Assembly (NCBI GenBank): GCA_001805125.1
Contig: MHEF01000022.1
Coordinates: 1 to 34,288 of the forward strand
DNA length: 34,288 nt
From: Nitrospirae bacterium RBG_13_39_12
GTDB taxonomy: Bacteria > Nitrospirota > Thermodesulfovibrionia > Thermodesulfovibrionales > SM23-35
Direction: 5' to 3'
In this document: piece by piece, positions 33,320 to 34,288 of the stretch
Position numbering within the stretch: position 1 is the stretch's first letter
Layout: each line of letters begins with the position of its first letter
The notes under the pieces: model-generated
Seen by the model: only the letters and a program-made list of their open reading frames with translations
What the model was told of the DNA's origin: nothing
Database searches by the model: none
Made by a program: the position numbers and the translations under genes

Positions 33320-34288
33320 TCACTCTAAAGAAATGTTTTTTACATTCTCAAGAACCTTTTTCCTGAGCCCGGACGGGCTCTCTGTTTTTATAAGTTGCTT
33401 CCCTTTATCTATAATAGGTATTAGTATATCTTCAAAGATTTTACCGCATAAACATTTATGTTTAGCCTTGTTGTTTGGAACTACTGCCCTTTTACCACAT
33501 TTCGGACATATGATGACTCTTTTGCTTCCAGACCATTTACCTCTTTTGGCAAAAGGCTTACCTTCAACTTCCATGATATCCATTGCATAGTCCACAACAG
33601 GAGCATTACTAATAGATGTCCCTATACCATAACCATCCACAACAGGATTTAAAACAGGAACGTCCTCTTCCTTAATCCTGCCACTTACATAAAATTTGAC
33701 ATGATTGTAACCCCTTATATCAAGTTCCCACCTTGTCTCCTCAAGTATACGATAAAAATTTCCGCGCCTTGATGAAGGGGTGTCAAATCTTACTGCAAAA
33801 AGTTTTTTCCCTAGTATTTCTGCTACATTGATACATTCAAATTTTTCATCAAGGAATGTATCTATCAAAGCAACTCTTTTTATCTTCGGGCTTATGATCT
33901 TATCGTATGCCTTTAAGGCATCCACAGTTGATCCAAGACATAATATCAAAGCATGAGGCATCGTACCCATAGGATCCTCTCCTATTAACTCCCCGGATTT
34001 TACTACGGCAACACCATCACATCCTCCGATATATGCATTTCTTTCAATCATTGGTGCAAGCACAGGGTGCATCCTTCGCGCACCGAAACTGATTACAAGC
34101 TTTTCTCCGGCAAGTTTTTTAAACCTTGAAGCCTTTGTTGCAATTCCTGATGCCTGACATATCAAACCAAGGATTGCAGTCTCATAAACGCAGAAGTCCT
34201 GGTATCTTCCTTCTATCTCCATTACAGGTTCATAGGGATAAAACACCGTTCCCTCTTTCATTGCCCTGACCTTAACCGGCAGATGTTT
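33320..34288 (-). CDS. nicotinate phosphoribosyltransferase, archaeal-type, with C-terminal zinc ribbon (5'-partial at window edge)
   Basis: 'FGARRMHP', 'GCDGVAVV', 'GTMPHALI', 'IDTF' and 'VRFDTPSSRRGN' are type II PRTase blocks, with a C-terminal 'CPKCGK...HKCLCG'. The frame remains open to nt 34288 ('KHLPVKVRA' precedes the listed Met), so the N-terminus is off-window. Confidence 0.8.
   Translation of the reverse strand, partial: KHLPVKVRAMKEGTVFYPYEPVMEIEGRYQDFCVYETAILGLICQASGIATKASRFKKLAGEKLVISFGARRMHPVLAPMIERNAYIGGCDGVAVVKSGELIGEDPMGTMPHALILCLGSTVDALKAYDKIISPKIKRVALIDTFLDEKFECINVAEILGKKLFAVRFDTPSSRRGNFYRILEETRWELDIRGYNHVKFYVSGRIKEEDVPVLNPVVDGYGIGTSISNAPVVDYAMDIMEVEGKPFAKRGKWSGSKRVIICPKCGKRAVVPNNKAKHKCLCGKIFEDILIPIIDKGKQLIKTESPSGLRKKVLENVKNISLE

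Overview
This is an AT-rich (about one-third G+C by eye), gene-dense bacterial chromosomal segment made up mostly of housekeeping operons. I saw no rRNA, tRNA or CRISPR array. In order, the window holds: pyrF-dcd; an orphan hypC; a DksA-type factor with a lysine-rich tail; and a long minus-strand run (amiC, ecfT-like, D-aminoacylase, C26 peptidase, an eRF1/Pelota-like protein, and a Dpp/Opp binding protein with two permeases but no ATPases). Next come nfu-like, arsC and nrdJ. A ~2.7-kb accessory-looking insert follows between nrdJ and leuA. It carries an orphan secreted ORF flanked by 17-bp inverted repeats with integron-like cores, an unknown helical ORF, a BrnT/BrnA-like toxin-antitoxin pair and a palindromic repeat cluster. 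After that come leuA-pssA, a divergent hydrolase/YkgJ pair, ilvC-psd plus a small siroheme sulfite-reductase-like gene, and queE. The most unusual locus is at 24.5-30.0 kb. It encodes a ~1,385-aa protein in which ~885 aa of unassignable helical sequence is fused to PPDK-type ATP-grasp and phospho-His swivel domains, with no PEP/pyruvate TIM-barrel domain. A 425-aa insertion-bearing GAPDH-like dehydrogenase follows 47 bp downstream. The right end is a decay zone: a Rossmann gene stub, GrpB, a YdjM-like hydrolase, an IS200/IS605 tnpA fossil abutting a frameshifted FtsX-type permease fragment, then an EamA transporter and a 5'-partial archaeal-type NaPRT. All functional calls come from motif recognition in the supplied translations. 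No database search was possible.
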